Positions 24,813 through 38,381 of a stretch of DNA of 64,000 nucleotides are shown here, piece by piece. This DNA is from Vezdaea acicularis (Eukaryota). The position numbers and the translations under genes were made by a program. The DNA is taken from assembly GCA_026025075.1 (NCBI GenBank), contig JAPEUI010000003.1, positions 186,001-250,000 on the forward strand. The letters are read 5' to 3'. Below the pieces are notes generated by a model. That model worked only from the letters and a program-made list of their open reading frames with translations, made no database searches and was not told where the DNA came from. Every line of letters starts with the position of its first letter. The stretch's first letter is position 1.

Positions 24813-25857
24813 ATGAGTATGTGCCGTTCTCACACCCAATATACTGTTTTAACTAATATTCCTAGCTTATGACTACAATAACCAGTACCAAACGTCGTAT
24901 GGGGCGCAAGGTGGGGCAGGCGGCGGGGGCTTCATGGGCGGATCCCAAGGCGGCGGAAGTCAGGAGAGCCCATCGAAGGTTCGTCAAAGCGCCTCCTCCT
25001 GTCAAACCACACCAACTGACACCATCAGGTCTGGGGAAAAGATACGCTGAGGCCAGTCACAATCAAGCAGATACTAGAGGCCCAACAACCACACCCCGAA
25101 GCCGACTTTAAGATTGACGGGACGGAAATAACACAAGTATGCTCTGTCCCCCACGTCAAGGCAGCAAGGCGTGATCAACCTTCGGACGCTAATCTTGTCT
25201 GCGCAATAGATAACATTCATCGGCCAAGTCCGCAACATCTCCGCCCAAACCACCAACACGACGTACAAGCTCGACGACGGCACAGGCCTCATCGATGTGA
25301 AGCAATGGCGGGATCAGGACGCCTCCTCCATGGACGCCGACTTCCCCACCGCATCCAAAAAACCGAAAATCGAAGAGAACGGCTATGTGCGCGTCTTCGG
25401 GCAGCTGAAGGCCTTCAACGAGAACCGCCACGTGGGCGCCCGCATCATCCGCCCGATCACGGACTTCAACGAAATCTCCTTCCACTTCCTCGAAGCGACG
25501 TCCGTGCACCTATATTTCACGCGAGGGCCCCCAGAGCAGCAGCAGCAACAACAACAGCAAGGTGGCGCGCCTGGTGTAGGGCAGGGGCAGCAGGAAGGGG
25601 CTCCGTACGGCCAGCAAGGCTCAGAAGCATACGGCGCGGGTAGAACGACAACCATTCTCCTATCGCCTGGCGCAAAGAGGGTCCATCAGTTCCTGGCGTC
25701 AGCGCCGCAGAGCAACGAAGGGCTGCAATGCGATTTCATCGCCGCGCAGCTGGGGATGCAGATTGCAGACGTGCAGAAGGCGGGGGATGAGTTGCTAGCA
25801 AACGGCGTCATTTTTACCACCGTCGATGACTTTAATTGGGCGCTTATGGAGTTCTGA
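24813..25857 (+). CDS. RFA2: Replication protein A 32-kDa subunit
   Basis: 4-nt first coding exon (ATGA|GTATGT), Gly-rich N-terminus, OB fold (LRPVTIKQ, ITFIGQVRNI, YKLDDGTG, YVRVFGQLK), poly-Q linker and winged-helix end (GVIFTTVDD). Three introns. Confidence 0.93.
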
Positions 25858-26009
25858 TTCGCATTTTCCTATCAGGGGGTAATGGCGCATGGTTTGGTAC
25901 ATGTTCTTGCGCGGGAATGGAGCTTCAGCTGTGGGAGAGTCATCTATCCGTCTCTATCTCACGCCATCATCAGGACAGCCTGCTGTTCCGTACTAAACTG
26001 AACTGGACA

Positions 26010-26659
26010 TCATCGAGCTTGCCGTGCATTCGTCGACAAGAACAGCACGCACGCCGCCACAATCACAGCCGCGACAACCGTAAACACCTATACGCACTCA
26101 TTAGCCCCATTCCCCAAACCCTCTTTCCCTCCCTATCCCCCCTTCCCAAACAAACCCCCCAGAGAAAAGTACTTACAACCTGCGTCTTCCACCCACTCTG
26201 GACCATCGCCCTCCTCTCACCATACCTCTGCACCGTCCTGACATACCCCGCGACCCCACTCCCCAAACAGGCCAGCGCCAACGCCCCAAAGACCAAACCG
26301 ACCGGATACGCCGTCTTGCGCTCGACTTTCGTCGGCTCGTTCTTGATGTGGAAGGAGATGACGATGGCGACGGCGACGATGGCCATGTAGAGCGAGAGGC
26401 GCAGCCAGCTGAGGAAGGTGCGCTCGTTGGCGCAGTGGTCGCGGGCGTCGGAGTCGGCGTTGGGGAAGAGGAGGGGGCCTAGGAAGGGGGGGGCGAGGAA
26501 GAGCGGGCCCGTTTCGTGGCTATGAGGGAGGGGTTAGTTTGGGGGGGTGGTGAGGGGAGGATGGGAGGGGAGGTACTGGGTTACGAAGACAGGGCGGGCG
26601 CGGATTAGGTTGTAGATTGGGTTGTAGGTGTTGCTTAGGTCGTCGTCGGCGGTGCTCAT
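26010..26659 (-). CDS. DUF202 (VTC1-like) small membrane protein
   Basis: GPLLFPNADSDARDHCANERTFLSWLRL motif followed by three hydrophobic segments. Two introns. Ends ...LSTNARQAR*. Confidence 0.85.
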
Positions 26660-27793
26660 TATGTCGGTGGTTGAGGTGGTGGTGGTCTTGGTGGGGGTGG
26701 TATATCGCGGCGGGGAAAGAGGAGCTATTGATGAGGCGGGAGGCGGGGCTACATGTATCAATTGCAATACGTTGTAGGCTTCGAAGAAAGAAATTGATCG
26801 AGGAAAAGCTTAATTTGAGTATTTGAGAATTAAGGTCGGCTTGGAATTGAAGAGGTTATTGCAGAGTGCGGGACCGCCCATTATGACATCGGCGGAAATC
26901 AAACGTGATGGACGGGTCTTGCCGAGCGAGTACAAAACTCTATCACGCAATTGGGTAGACGTCACAAACGAGTATCGTGCAGCTCAAATGTAGCTGACTT
27001 CCAATATCATATGCTAACTACAGCTCTATGCCGTCTTATAGGGGTATTATATACAACCGCATTATGTACACCATGAGGGTTTTCCTCTCCCCACCGCCTA
27101 GCTAACGGGATCTGATGAATCGCAAGCGCTCTAGCTGAAGAACCAGAAGCGCCGATTCCAGCAAATGCCATATTACTCGTCCATGCTCCTGCTCGCCTAG
27201 CAAAGCAACACCTCGAAAAGAAAAAGGGAGAAAGGTGGGTTGAAGCTATTCAATGCTGCGCTGCGCTGCCCTGCTACTCAAAATGAGATTAAAAGAAAGC
27301 CGACCGCGCTCTAGTGGCGGGTGTAGAAGATTGGGTATCGAAGAGGTGCGGGGAGGCAAGCGTGGAGTCTATAGTAGGAAATTTGGTATGTCGAGCCACG
27401 TAGCGGGCCATGTGTTAGGTGAGTTGATATTGGATTCGAAGTCCAGTTCTTGGAACGTATAATTGAGAAGAAGATGTATTCCGTCCCACAAGTAAGTCTA
27501 TGCATTAAAATGCATTAAGAAAATCAAAAGGGTATATGATGAGCACTGTAGGCCCAATGCTTGATAAGTTGACCGCCGAGGGACCCGATGCCAGAGCTTC
27601 GCCATAGTTTTGAGGGTGTTTAAGTGGGTAAATGGTAGAGCAGAAGATTAAGGTGACCTCATGCTCGCGCAGCGCAGGACAATAGAGAAACAGGAAACCA
27701 ACAACGCCGCGCCAGGTCATGCATTGCAAATCGCAAGCGCTAGAGAATCGTCGTGAGGGCGTTATCGCTGAATAAACGGATCGAGGCCTGGCA

Positions 27794-29790
27794 CTATGGT
27801 CCAGCTTGAGGTGCGGTGGAGGAGCCGGTCTCTGTAGACCCGTCTCCTTCTATTGTCTTCTTCCAGTGCTCAGGCAAGCATACGCAGACGAGAGGGAAAG
27901 CCTTTATCTCGCCCGGTGGAGGTGGAGACGAGGTCCGTCTGCCTGCTGAGGCATTTGAAACGCCGCTGTCGCGCTGGACCTTCCTCTTGACGTCCCAGTC
28001 CTCCGCTCTTTCAGTTAAACGAACACCGGTCGCCCATCCGTCATCCCATATACCAACAACCTTGAGCATATCGCCTCGCTCTAGCTCGAATTCGTCACCC
28101 GCTCGCGGCTGATATGCCCATAAGACGGATACCTTGTCGTTTGGATGAATCTCGTCTTGAGAATAGTAGTCTTTGAAGAAAGGAAGCTGCTCAGATTGCT
28201 GGCTAGCCATCCCTTGAGGCGAAGAGTAGTCCCCGCCACTGCCAGACTGTGGGGACTGACTATCTGGATCTGCGCCTGCTAAAACCGATCCGCTAGAAAG
28301 GGATCCATTCCGGATCCCAGCAGGGGGTGCACCAAGTCTTCCACCGAGGCGTGAGTCAGGGCTCGTGCCGTAGCCATCAGAGGACGAATTGTCCCCATGT
28401 CTCTGCCGAGCACCAGCAATGCCTCCTGCAGCCGCACCAGCTGCAGCTCCAGTGGCTAGTTCTGTGCCCCGTGGAGGTGAGTTACCTGATGTGCCTTCGA
28501 GGGCAGACATTCGTGCAATGCGCCCCCCTGGTAGGACTTCATATCCTTGCTGTGGAGGTCCGGTGCCGGATACTGGGTTGAAAGCCATGCCATTACCACT
28601 CTTCCGAACAGGCGTTGGTTGATTAAAGATGCTACCACTCTGGCTTCCTCTTCTTCTCCGGATGAAGATGCATAGGAAGACAATAAGGCCTAGCAACAAA
28701 GCGGCACCGAGCACGGATCCAACTACGATACCAGCTATCGCACCACCAGAAAGTCCACCGCCTCCCTTTCCTCCTGCGGCACTACTTGTTGCGGCAGCAG
28801 CGCTAGCGGTGCCCGAAGATGATGAGGAGCTGGAAGTTGAAAGAGCCAGGGGCGGCAGTGCTGACGTTGCTGGTATATGTATCGAATCGCAGCGAGTGAC
28901 GTTCGAATGGTAGCAACAGGAGTCGGTCGCGTTCGGAGAGCTTTTAGCACAGTACATGCATAGGCCGATAAGATTGTTCGCAAAGCCACAATCGTTTGGC
29001 TCGTTTGATGCGGCTTCGATGCAGTTGCCGCTCAGGGAGTTTGCAGGTAATGAGCAAACCGTAAAATCGGCTCTGATTTGATCGACCGCATTGCGACCCG
29101 GACTGGAACAAGTAGTGTTCATAGATATGATCGTCTGCTCGCTAATAGCTTGCTGGGCCTTTAGAGAAATCAGCAAGTGCATAGGAAGGGATTCGTGGAT
29201 GAACGTACGCATGATTCCGCGCAGAGCGGGCGCGAGTTTGCCTCGGAAAGCGAACACGGCTGCTTTGAATTCTGAACAATCGCATTACAAATTACACTCT
29301 TAGTATATCTAGCGTAGTAGTCGGTCGTATTGGAAAGGTTGACGTTTGGACACCCGAGAAGGTTCTGATACCTAAGGAGATGATTAACCCTCCCTCCTCT
29401 GAAGGCAGATCAGAGTTCTTACTTCTCTTGAGTATAAGTCGTCGAAATGTATTGCTCTAGTTGTTTGTCGAAATCCTGTCTACTTGAAACGAATTGAAGA
29501 AAAGGGCTGTCAACTCTGTCAGTCTCATTCGTCTTCAAACTCGCGAACGTTCGGGGGACGGAAAGCCCTTACTAAAGCGATTGGACACTCCCCGAAGTCG
29601 AGACTGAAGCATTAGTGAAGGCCGGACAAGACGTTGATCCCGCAAGTGAGACACAATTCTGTGCCATTGCGACCGGCGCGGCCGATACCAGTATCGAGAG
29701 CACAATGGCCTTAGATGTGAAGTAGGCCGACCGCGACTTCCGCTTTGACGGTGCACGTTGACCGTGCGATGATCCTCGCACTGAGTCCAT
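27794..29790 (-). CDS. Single-pass membrane protein with Cys-rich ectodomain and cytoplasmic SH3 domain
   Basis: Signal-like segment (AIVLSILVSAAPVAMA), Cys-rich exons, TM segment (GAIAGIVVGSVLGAALLLGLIVFLCIFI-RRRR) and SH3 (VLWAYQPRAGDEFELERGDMLKVVGIWDDGW). Three introns. Confidence 0.88.
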
Positions 29791-31577
29791 GGGAAATGTC
29801 GAGCATACAACTTCTTGCCTCGGATGCCCCTGTTCCCGGCCCCTTACCGCGAGCATTCCGTCTGCATGTTGAATGTGCTTTTGTCGTGCTTCGCTGCAGC
29901 TCCTTGACTCCTCCGCCTTCAACATCGTCCTCGGGTCGAGTATCCTTAGCACCTGCTCATTCACCACGGCGATGGGGGGCAATTGATGCAAAAGAGAGGA
30001 TGCAGATGGACCGTGCGTATGCAACAAGGGATCGGAAACCCACCCAAGAAGAAGACCTGGGATACGGCCTCCACAGAATGAAGTGTAACGAGCGTAGGTG
30101 AAGGTGCAGGAACACGTCGAGTCTGCGAGGGTTAAGAGAGAGGAGGGCGAAGGATGAAGAAGGTAGGCGGTCCAGGCACTAAGCGAGCAAGAGAGCCCTG
30201 GCTCTTTGGAGGCACGAGCACTGGCACTGGAGGAGCGATGAGCACAGTGCGACCGCAACAAGAAGCTACCGAGCACGCCTCCACGGCTCTCATGGCATTT
30301 GTGGACTAATGCCACTGAGGGTCCCGTTTTAGCTAATTGACTGGCCCTGGCTTGCTGCAGCCCAAAGTTCAGATCTTCAGTCCGAGCCACTCGCGTTCTG
30401 TCCAACCATTGCCTATCGGAAAATACCTTTGCCGACGCGTTGAGCGCTACAATCGACATGTTTACTTGCGATCGCGATAGCTTCCCAACTCCAGCTTCGT
30501 GGAGCGAGTCCATTGTGAGATCTTGCTTCTCTCTCACGGGAGAAGAATTGACCGTCTTCGACACCAGCACCCGCTATCCTCAGCGCGCGGGTTGCCTGCC
30601 CTCCGGTGCCCTCGTCCGTTTCCACCGAATGTTCCCTGTTCGGGCGTAGTGCAGCCATTGGGGAGATTAAGCCGTGGACGCGATCCAGAAAATCTCGAAA
30701 TCTCACCAGTGATTGATGACCAAGGCGAGACATGGGGCCAATTGGCGCTCGCCTTTTGCTGAATTACTCCCCTTCTCCTCAGACATATGAGCATGACCTG
30801 AGATCCTGAAACTTGATCAGCTGAACCGACTCTATGGTTACAAGTGCCCACTGCTCCTGCAAACGCGCGGTATCAACATGATGGAGAAGCTCGGCGGAAG
30901 CTTCGTTGAATCGCACGCAAGTAAGTAGGACGGCGGCGAGTCCAATCTCCATCGCTTGGAACTGTCGGCCAAGATGTGATTCAATGCGCAGGACGGGTGC
31001 AGCGCATTGCAGCTGCAGCGATAGTGCCTGTCCTGTCTCTCGTTGCGACGCGTTTGGATTGGCCCTCGGTTTGCTGAATCAACAGAGGGACGAACCATCA
31101 TCGAGCGCACAATGCGAGGGAGCATATCAAGCCAGCTTGAGAGAGAGAAAAGGAACTTCTTTGAGGTCCAAATTGAACATTGCAAGAAGGCTCGCAAGCT
31201 GCAGAGAATCCTCTGGGGCGCGCGCAAGAGAAGATACTGTCCTCGCCTGCACCAAAACAGAAGAAATTAAAATGCGACGCCAAGACTCGGAAATGAATGG
31301 TCCGGGATGTCGGTCCCGTTCCTGACCTAAGCTGCATGGCGTATAGCGTGGCCGTGTGGAAACCCTAAACGAGACGAACCCCAGCCGTAACGCCAACGAG
31401 ATCAGGTTGAGATCTTCACCTGAGAGCAAAGTGTCGGAATCTATTCTTAGGCGAGATACCGTATGGAGGATATGTGATGATGTTCGTACCAAGATATCCC
31501 ATCTTCCAGACGACGGCGGCCGAACATACGCCGCCCAATGTCTACTCAAACAGCCGGTTGATTGATGATGAAAGTCC

Positions 31578-33788
31578 TTAGCAGGTCCAAACCCCAACCA
31601 TCCCGTCCTTCCTGCCCTCCGTTAGATAGCCATCCTTTATCCGTACACGCTCAACCGTTGCCGGGGTCGTGCCATCTTCTTCGGCCGTCACGCCGGCCCC
31701 ACAATCCCAATGTCGACCATCCGTTTTATCGTAGATCTTAGCAACGTCCTCGCCCGCAGCGCTGACGATCCGTCGGGTGTCAAACTGCATGCTGGTGATG
31801 GGGTTTTCGTGGGCGTAGGCATCATAGATAGAACCCGTTCGGAGATCCCAAATCTATTCCAAAGGTTAGCTGTGACTACCCAGTAGATGGGCCCTCGTTG
31901 GGAAACCTACCCGGATGCTTCGGTCCAGGCTTCCAGTCACCAGATGCACATCATCGAATTGAAGGCAAGAGACTGGGCCTGTATGGCCTACGAGGCTGCG
32001 GTGTACCTGTCCACTCCTGAGATCCCAAAGTCGTACCATCCCGTCAGCGGTGCCGCAGGCCAGAGCAGCGTCGAAGCATTGTAGCGCGCCAACAAAGTCT
32101 GCCGACGCATCTGGAAGACGCCCGGTCTGCCGCCACTGCCCATCGTTCGAATTCATTGTTGACGAAGCTTGAGCAGCTGCCCAAAGCACATCTAGCGTTT
32201 GAACGCATCGGCCGGTTTGAAGATCCCATTGGCGTAGGGTCTTGTCTGCCGATCCCGAGACGAGGGTGTCGCCTCTGAAGTGCAGAGCTGTGACTTCGTC
32301 CACGTGAGCCTCAAGAGAGAACAGCGGACAGTCTTGCATGCTTGATGCTGGTGGAGCTGGTGGTAGGTCATCTGGGTTCTCGAACCCCAGATGGTCTTCC
32401 TCCACTTCTTCACCATCCTTGTTGATGCGGTTGCCAGTGCCCTGCGGATTATACTCCGCGCGGCTTAAATCCCATAGTCGAATGGACGCATCCATAGATC
32501 CAGTTGCTACGAGGTTGTCCTCTACTTGAAGACACCTGACCGAGGCTACGAAGAATTAGTAACACCCGGGGGCACGAAAAGGCTATTGACGTACCGTGGT
32601 GGCCTTCTAACATGCCCATACACCTTCCAGCGTTGAGGTCCCACACTCTTACTGTATCGTCCAAAGCAGCTGTGACCATTGTGCCAAAAGGAAAATCAAA
32701 ATCCAACGCCGTGATCATATCGTTATGTGCCTGGATCTCCCGTATATTCGAGCCTGGTTCAAAATGTTCATGGCGTATTGGTATCGATTTTCGTCGCATG
32801 ATCTTAGGCCTTCTCGATCTGGGAGAGGGTATTTTTTCATAGATAGACTCCGACATGAAAGACGCATTCATCGCTTGCGACTCCGAGAGTGTGGTGTCCG
32901 AGTCGCCGTCAGCTTTAGAGGTGGGCGACGATTGAGAGACGTCTGCTGTATCATCAATCTCGTCTTGTAGGTCATCAATCTTGTTGGTGACCGCGACCAC
33001 TAGCAGCTTGTTAGCATATCCCTGAAGCGGTACCCTTAATCTACTAACAGTCATGCTCAATCAGGGCTTCATCCTCTTCAAAATCTGCTAACCTGTCAAG
33101 CACGATCTTGCGCATGATGTTCATGTTGGCGATCTTAGTGTCTATCTCTCTTATCTCTGCGCTGGCCATATTTTTCCGGACGCTAAGCATCTCCAGTCGG
33201 TGATTTAGGTGCTCTTTCTCACTCCTAAGTTGCCCAATCTTGGGCATTCCCTCCTTATCGCTATCCGCTTCTTCCAGTAACTTTTGACCTCGTGATTGTC
33301 TCCTTCGGTGCCCTTTCCTATATTCGAGATGTGTCTCTGGCAACGTCGCCTGGAATCCCTGAAATAAGGAATACACATTATCATCCTCGGGGATGTTTTG
33401 AAGGAGCTCGTCGGGTAGATATGTGACAGCCCTGTATTGTATTTCGGAAGTCGAAAGCTTGGATCGAACAAGCTCAGTAGGGGATGAATTTGCAAACGAA
33501 AACACCTTCCGCTGCAGACCGGGTCTACGTATCCCCCTGTGCAGATTACTCATTGCATTTTGATAATGATTTGGCGCAGCTGGATCTCCGAGAGGGCCAA
33601 TCAGATGTCCCGCTGTGGTCGTGACTTTGCGACCAAAGGCTTCTAGATTACGTGTCTATATATATCAGTCTTACAGAATCACAGGCAGGAGGGAAGATAC
33701 AGACTGAGAGCGCGCCACTAAGGACCGTATCCTCATCCGGTGTTGACATATCGAGAGGGCCTTCGTCATAACCCGGAGGATCCTCCAT
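31578..33788 (-). CDS. MDV1: Mitochondrial fission WD40 adaptor Mdv1/Caf4
   Basis: N-terminal Fis1-binding region (SLFQGFQAT), coiled coil ([13 protein letters not shown]), WD40 repeats ([46 protein letters not shown]). Multiple introns. Confidence 0.92.
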
Positions 33789-34045
33789 ACGTCATCCGGT
33801 AAGCCTGAGGGTACTTTAGAAAATATTGTATCTCTGACGAATTGTGAAGTCACGGCCCGCACTCAATGTATTGCAGAAGTTTGTCATGTGGCGGCTATTA
33901 TACAGTCTTCGAAATGTCATGGCTTTTGACGAGGATCAGCCACCGCCGAGGTTGTCTTGCAGCGGGAGCTTTGCTCGGCTAAACATTTTCTCGAGTTATA
34001 CAATGCGCCCAACGACCTTTTGGACCAGGCACCGAATGATACAAG

Positions 34046-35036
34046 ATGGGCAAGCGAAAGCAGTCAAAGGATATAGAGGCGCCTGATAACAATGAAGGCG
34101 AAGGTGTAGACGAAGAAATGGAGGATAGTAGCGATGACGAGGTATAATGCGTGCTATGGGCTCTACATATGAAGATCGCTGAACATACCCGGCATTTAGG
34201 ATGCGGATACATTGAATGTCGACTTTGAGCTTTTTGATCCACAGCCCGAGCATGACTTCCATGGACTTAAAATTCTATTGCGACAATTACTAGGCAATGA
34301 CGCACAACTCTTTAATCTTTCGGCTTTGGTAGAACTCGTTCTATCGCAGCCCACAATAGGTTCCACAGTCAAGGTGGAGAGCAATGAAACAGATCCCTTC
34401 GCGTTCCTCACAGTACTAAATATGCAAGAGCATCGGGTAGGACAGGGAGTGACTTATATTTGTGCCTATGGTTCTGACTCCTTTTAGAATCACTCAGTCA
34501 TTAAGGACTTGAATTCTTACGTGACCAAGCAGGGCTCTAGTAACGCCCAACTCTCGAAAATACCTAGTTTCATCAATAGCAATGCGTCTTCACAGGTTGG
34601 CCTCATTCTGGCTGAGCGTCTCGTGAACATCCCTACCGAGATAGTTCCGCCGATGTACACAATGCTTGTAGAAGAGGTTGAATGGGCAGTTAAGGACAAG
34701 GAGCCATATGAATTCTCGCACTATCTCATCCTATCAAGAACATACATCGAGATTGACTCTGTTCTAGATCAAGAGGACCATCGCCCTCAGAAAAAGTCCA
34801 AGAAGGGTAAAGCTAGCAAGGAAGTATTTTACTTTCACCCAGAAGACGAAGTATTCCACCAGTACGCCATCGCACATGGTAGCTTTGAATACACGAACAA
34901 GGATGCCGAAGGTGCATCAGACAGCAGACGAGCATTTCAAGACTCTGGTATTCAGCCTCAAGGGCATATGATTTTGTTGGAGGCTAGCAAGTTCAAAGAA
35001 GCCATTGAGGCAGTCCGTCGCTTTGCCAGCCCCTAA
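34046..35036 (+). CDS. BCP1: Bcp1/BCCIP ribosome biogenesis protein
   Basis: MGKRKQ start, LNVDFELFDPQPEHDFHGLKILLRQL, ERLVNIPTEIVPPMY and FHPEDE. Two introns. Confidence 0.92.
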
Positions 35037-35099
35037 GTAAATAGGGGCAGAGCCTCAATGCTCCAGAATTGACTCATCAATCCTCTAACTACGGAATGT

Positions 35100-36013
35100 C
35101 TAAGAAGAGGTCATGGAGTATGATGTGTCAACTAGCCGTTGCATAAGGTACTCAACCTCCACCTCTTTGGTAAGTGGGATAACCAAATCCTTGCTTTAAG
35201 TTAGCTACTGAATGTCTTAAAAGCTATAAGATAATAGCGAACCTTGTACATAGCGACCACCGCGTCTGCATCTATCTTTGCAGGACCCTCAGCTCCAATG
35301 CTTGGGTCATGGCCATAGGTTTTAGCCTTCAACTTCAGTCTCTCAAGGACCTTCTTTTCCACCTTTTCATCTGTGATCGCAGCATCGATACCTTCACGAT
35401 CTTCCGCACGGATAAGCTTGACGAAAACATCTGTCTCCTTTTGAAACTTCGCCTCCGCGACGAATTTCCCGAAATGCACTCGCCTTGATAAAGCTTGTAA
35501 GCATAAGACATCGCATGTTGCAGCCGAGCCATAATTCTCTTGCGCTTCACCTCGATCTTCGTGACCGTACTGGACACATGCTGCCGGTAGAAACTTCTCA
35601 ATGTAGCTGTTTTTCAACTTCTCATTGAAATTTACATCATTGGGGTGTAGGATCTTCGGATAGTTCAAGGCTTTGAGAATTGGCTTTTGGAGAGCTTCAG
35701 GGAAGAAAGGGTACTCGTCTGGTGATTCGTAGCGGCGGACTAGCGATTGCAAACGCTCTTGTTCACGTAGCATCCAATCAAATAAACTGAGTTTACTCCC
35801 TGGGATATCTATGGCTTCCGGAATGTAAATGGTTCTATTCAGAGGAAACTGAAACCTCTCAATCAAGTGAAACGTAATTGTATCCTCGAGCCGACTTAGT
35901 CCTTAATTAGTCATGTACCTCCAACGTATAAATAAGCCTTACATGAGCTGGAAGCGAATATTAGATAGGTCGAGAGCCTTTGAAGGATCTGAGAGGTCTA
36001 TCGCAGTATCCAT
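35100..36013 (-). CDS. ARO7: Chorismate mutase (AroQ, eukaryotic type)
   Basis: MDTAIDLSDPSKALDLSNIRFQLI|RLEDTITFHLIER, RRYESPDEYPFF, LQALSRRVHFGKFVAEAKF and TKEVEVEYLMQRL. Two introns. Confidence 0.95.
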
Positions 36014-36454
36014 GATCGAGAGGTTATTCTCAAATTGGACTACGTGGTGAGAAAGGTATGCTGACGGAATGGCAAATTCTGGCGTGGTTTATATGGATGC
36101 ATCCGCACGCGTCCGCGAATGCGACAGCACTTACAGTCCAGCATTCACTGCCTGCGAGTCAAAAAATAATACCTGCAAGCCGATCCCAGATTGTTGATGC
36201 GCTTGATCGGTTCTCAGATCTCTAGGATTGCCACTAGATTTTCTCGTGTTGCTATGCTTCATTGATTGCCCTTATCATACTTTCTTCACAAGGAAGAGAA
36301 AATAACGTCTGTGCGTGTTTTCGTAGATTCCTTCCACAAATTTCGGCCATTAGCCGTTGGTCCCTTTAGGTATATATCAACGCACACTTTCGAATAGTGA
36401 AGATCTATTAGCTTTCTTCGTTTCATCTCTAATTTTCAGCGAACAAACTTCAGA

Positions 36455-38083
36455 ATGGATGCCAAAGAAGCCGTCGCAGAGATCCCCCATAATGCGTTCG
36501 ACACGATACTGGTCCTTGATTTCGGGTCACAATACTCCCATCTCATAACCAGACGTTTGCGTGACCTTAATATTTACTCGGAGATGTTACCGTGCACCCA
36601 GGCCATCTCCGAGCTCTCTTGGAAGCCAAAGGGCGTAATCCTTTCCGGCGGACCGTACTCTGTTTACGCTAAGGACGCCCCCCACGCAGATTTGGCAATC
36701 TACGGCCTAGGGGTGCCAATATTAGGCATATGCTACGGAATGCAAGAGATAGCTTGGAGTAATGGCAAGAACGTGCTTGCTGGTGAGAAGAGGGAGTATG
36801 GCCATGCTACACTTCGAGTAGAGAGGCATGCAGGGAAGGGAGCGCACGTCGATCGACTATTCAAAGGGCTCGAGGACGATATGGAGGTGTGGATGTCTCA
36901 TGGGGACAAACTGTCCCATCTTCCTGAATCGTTTCATACTATTGCGACAACATCAAATGCACCTTTCGCTGGTATATCTCATGACACCCTCCCCCTTTTC
37001 GGTATACAGTTCCACCCCGAAGTCACACATACCCCGAAGGGAAAGAAGGTGCTCGAGAACTTCGCAGTCGGCATCTGTCAAGCAAAGCAAAACTGGACCA
37101 TGGATGAGTTTGTTGTCAAGGAGATTGCCAGGATACGAGCATTAGTCGGTGAGAAAGGACAGGTAATTGGAGCCGTAAGCGGAGGTGTCGACTCTACCGT
37201 AGCTGCAAGGTTGATGAAAGAAGCAATTGGTGACAGATTCCACGCTGTGCTAGTCGACAACGGTGTTCTGCGTTTGAACGAATGCGAGACGGTACATAAA
37301 ACCTTGACCGAGCATCTTGGGATCAATCTCATAGTCGTCGACGCAGGCGAACGCTTTCTTGGGCTCCTGAAAGGCGTTACTGACCCGGAGAAGAAACGCA
37401 AAATAATTGGCAATACCTTCATCGAGATCTTTCAGGAGACCGCAAAGTCCATGGCAGCCGCTGCCGCGGGAACTCCAGGTGAAGGTGATATTGAATGGCT
37501 GTTGCAAGGAACGCTGTACCCAGACGTAATCGAGAGTATCTCGTTTAAGGGACCAAGCCAGACGATAAAGACGCATCATAATGTTGGAGGCCTCCTAGAA
37601 GGGATGCATCTCAAACTCATCGAGCCACTCCGGGAATTATTCAAGGACGAGGTCCGAGCCGTAGGCACTACCTTGGGTATCCAGGAAGATCTCGTCTGGC
37701 GACATCCATTCCCAGGGTGTGGTATAGCCATTCGGATTCTTGGCGAGGTCACACCGGATCAGGTACGTATAGCTCGTCAAGCGGATCATATCTTCATTGA
37801 GGAGATAAGAGCTGTGCCAGGGCTATATAGGAAGATTAGCCAAGCATTTGCAGCATTGTTCCCAGTAAGGGCGGTTGGTGTAATGGGAGATCAAAGAGTG
37901 CACGAGCAGGTGATTGCGCTCAGGGCTGTAGAAACCTCAGACTTCATGACCGCGGACTGGTATCCTTTCGATGGAGAATTTCTGAAAAAGGTAAGCCGGC
38001 GAATTGTCAATGAAGTAAACGGCGTCTGTAGAGTCGTATATGACATCACAAGTAAGCCTCCTGGAACAATCGAAATGGAATAA
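36455..38083 (+). CDS. GUA1: GMP synthase (glutamine-hydrolysing)
   Basis: Intronless 542-aa ORF with [27 protein letters not shown] and [11 protein letters not shown]. Confidence 0.97.
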   Translation: MDAKEAVAEIPHNAFDTILVLDFGSQYSHLITRRLRDLNIYSEMLPCTQAISELSWKPKGVILSGGPYSVYAKDAPHADLAIYGLGVPILGICYGMQEIAWSNGKNVLAGEKREYGHATLRVERHAGKGAHVDRLFKGLEDDMEVWMSHGDKLSHLPESFHTIATTSNAPFAGISHDTLPLFGIQFHPEVTHTPKGKKVLENFAVGICQAKQNWTMDEFVVKEIARIRALVGEKGQVIGAVSGGVDSTVAARLMKEAIGDRFHAVLVDNGVLRLNECETVHKTLTEHLGINLIVVDAGERFLGLLKGVTDPEKKRKIIGNTFIEIFQETAKSMAAAAAGTPGEGDIEWLLQGTLYPDVIESISFKGPSQTIKTHHNVGGLLEGMHLKLIEPLRELFKDEVRAVGTTLGIQEDLVWRHPFPGCGIAIRILGEVTPDQVRIARQADHIFIEEIRAVPGLYRKISQAFAALFPVRAVGVMGDQRVHEQVIALRAVETSDFMTADWYPFDGEFLKKVSRRIVNEVNGVCRVVYDITSKPPGTIEME

Positions 38084-38381
38084 GAAAGACAGGGTTACTC
38101 AAATTAGGCGTTTTGACGGCGTGGGCGCACCATAAATTTGATTGCACGTGAAGCGATCACTTAGAAATCACTAAATGCAAATACAATGGATTAGAGGTTG
38201 CTTCCATTCACGGTACTCAAGATTGGTCAGTAAACACAGATCTTCTGTCAGAAGCGCTTGTAAAGGTTATATATGCCCGCCGATAGGGGCAAAAGTTCCA
38301 TTAGATATCATTCACGACATGTTCTAACCGCTGTAAGCATGAAAAGCCGGGAACAAGTCTGCCACGCTTAGGGCGCGTGTG

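Noticed and set aside
27112..27140. CTGATGA as a hammerhead core or C/D snoRNA box
   Set aside because: There is no stem II/GAAA arrangement, and the distance to the next CTGA is too short for a snoRNA.
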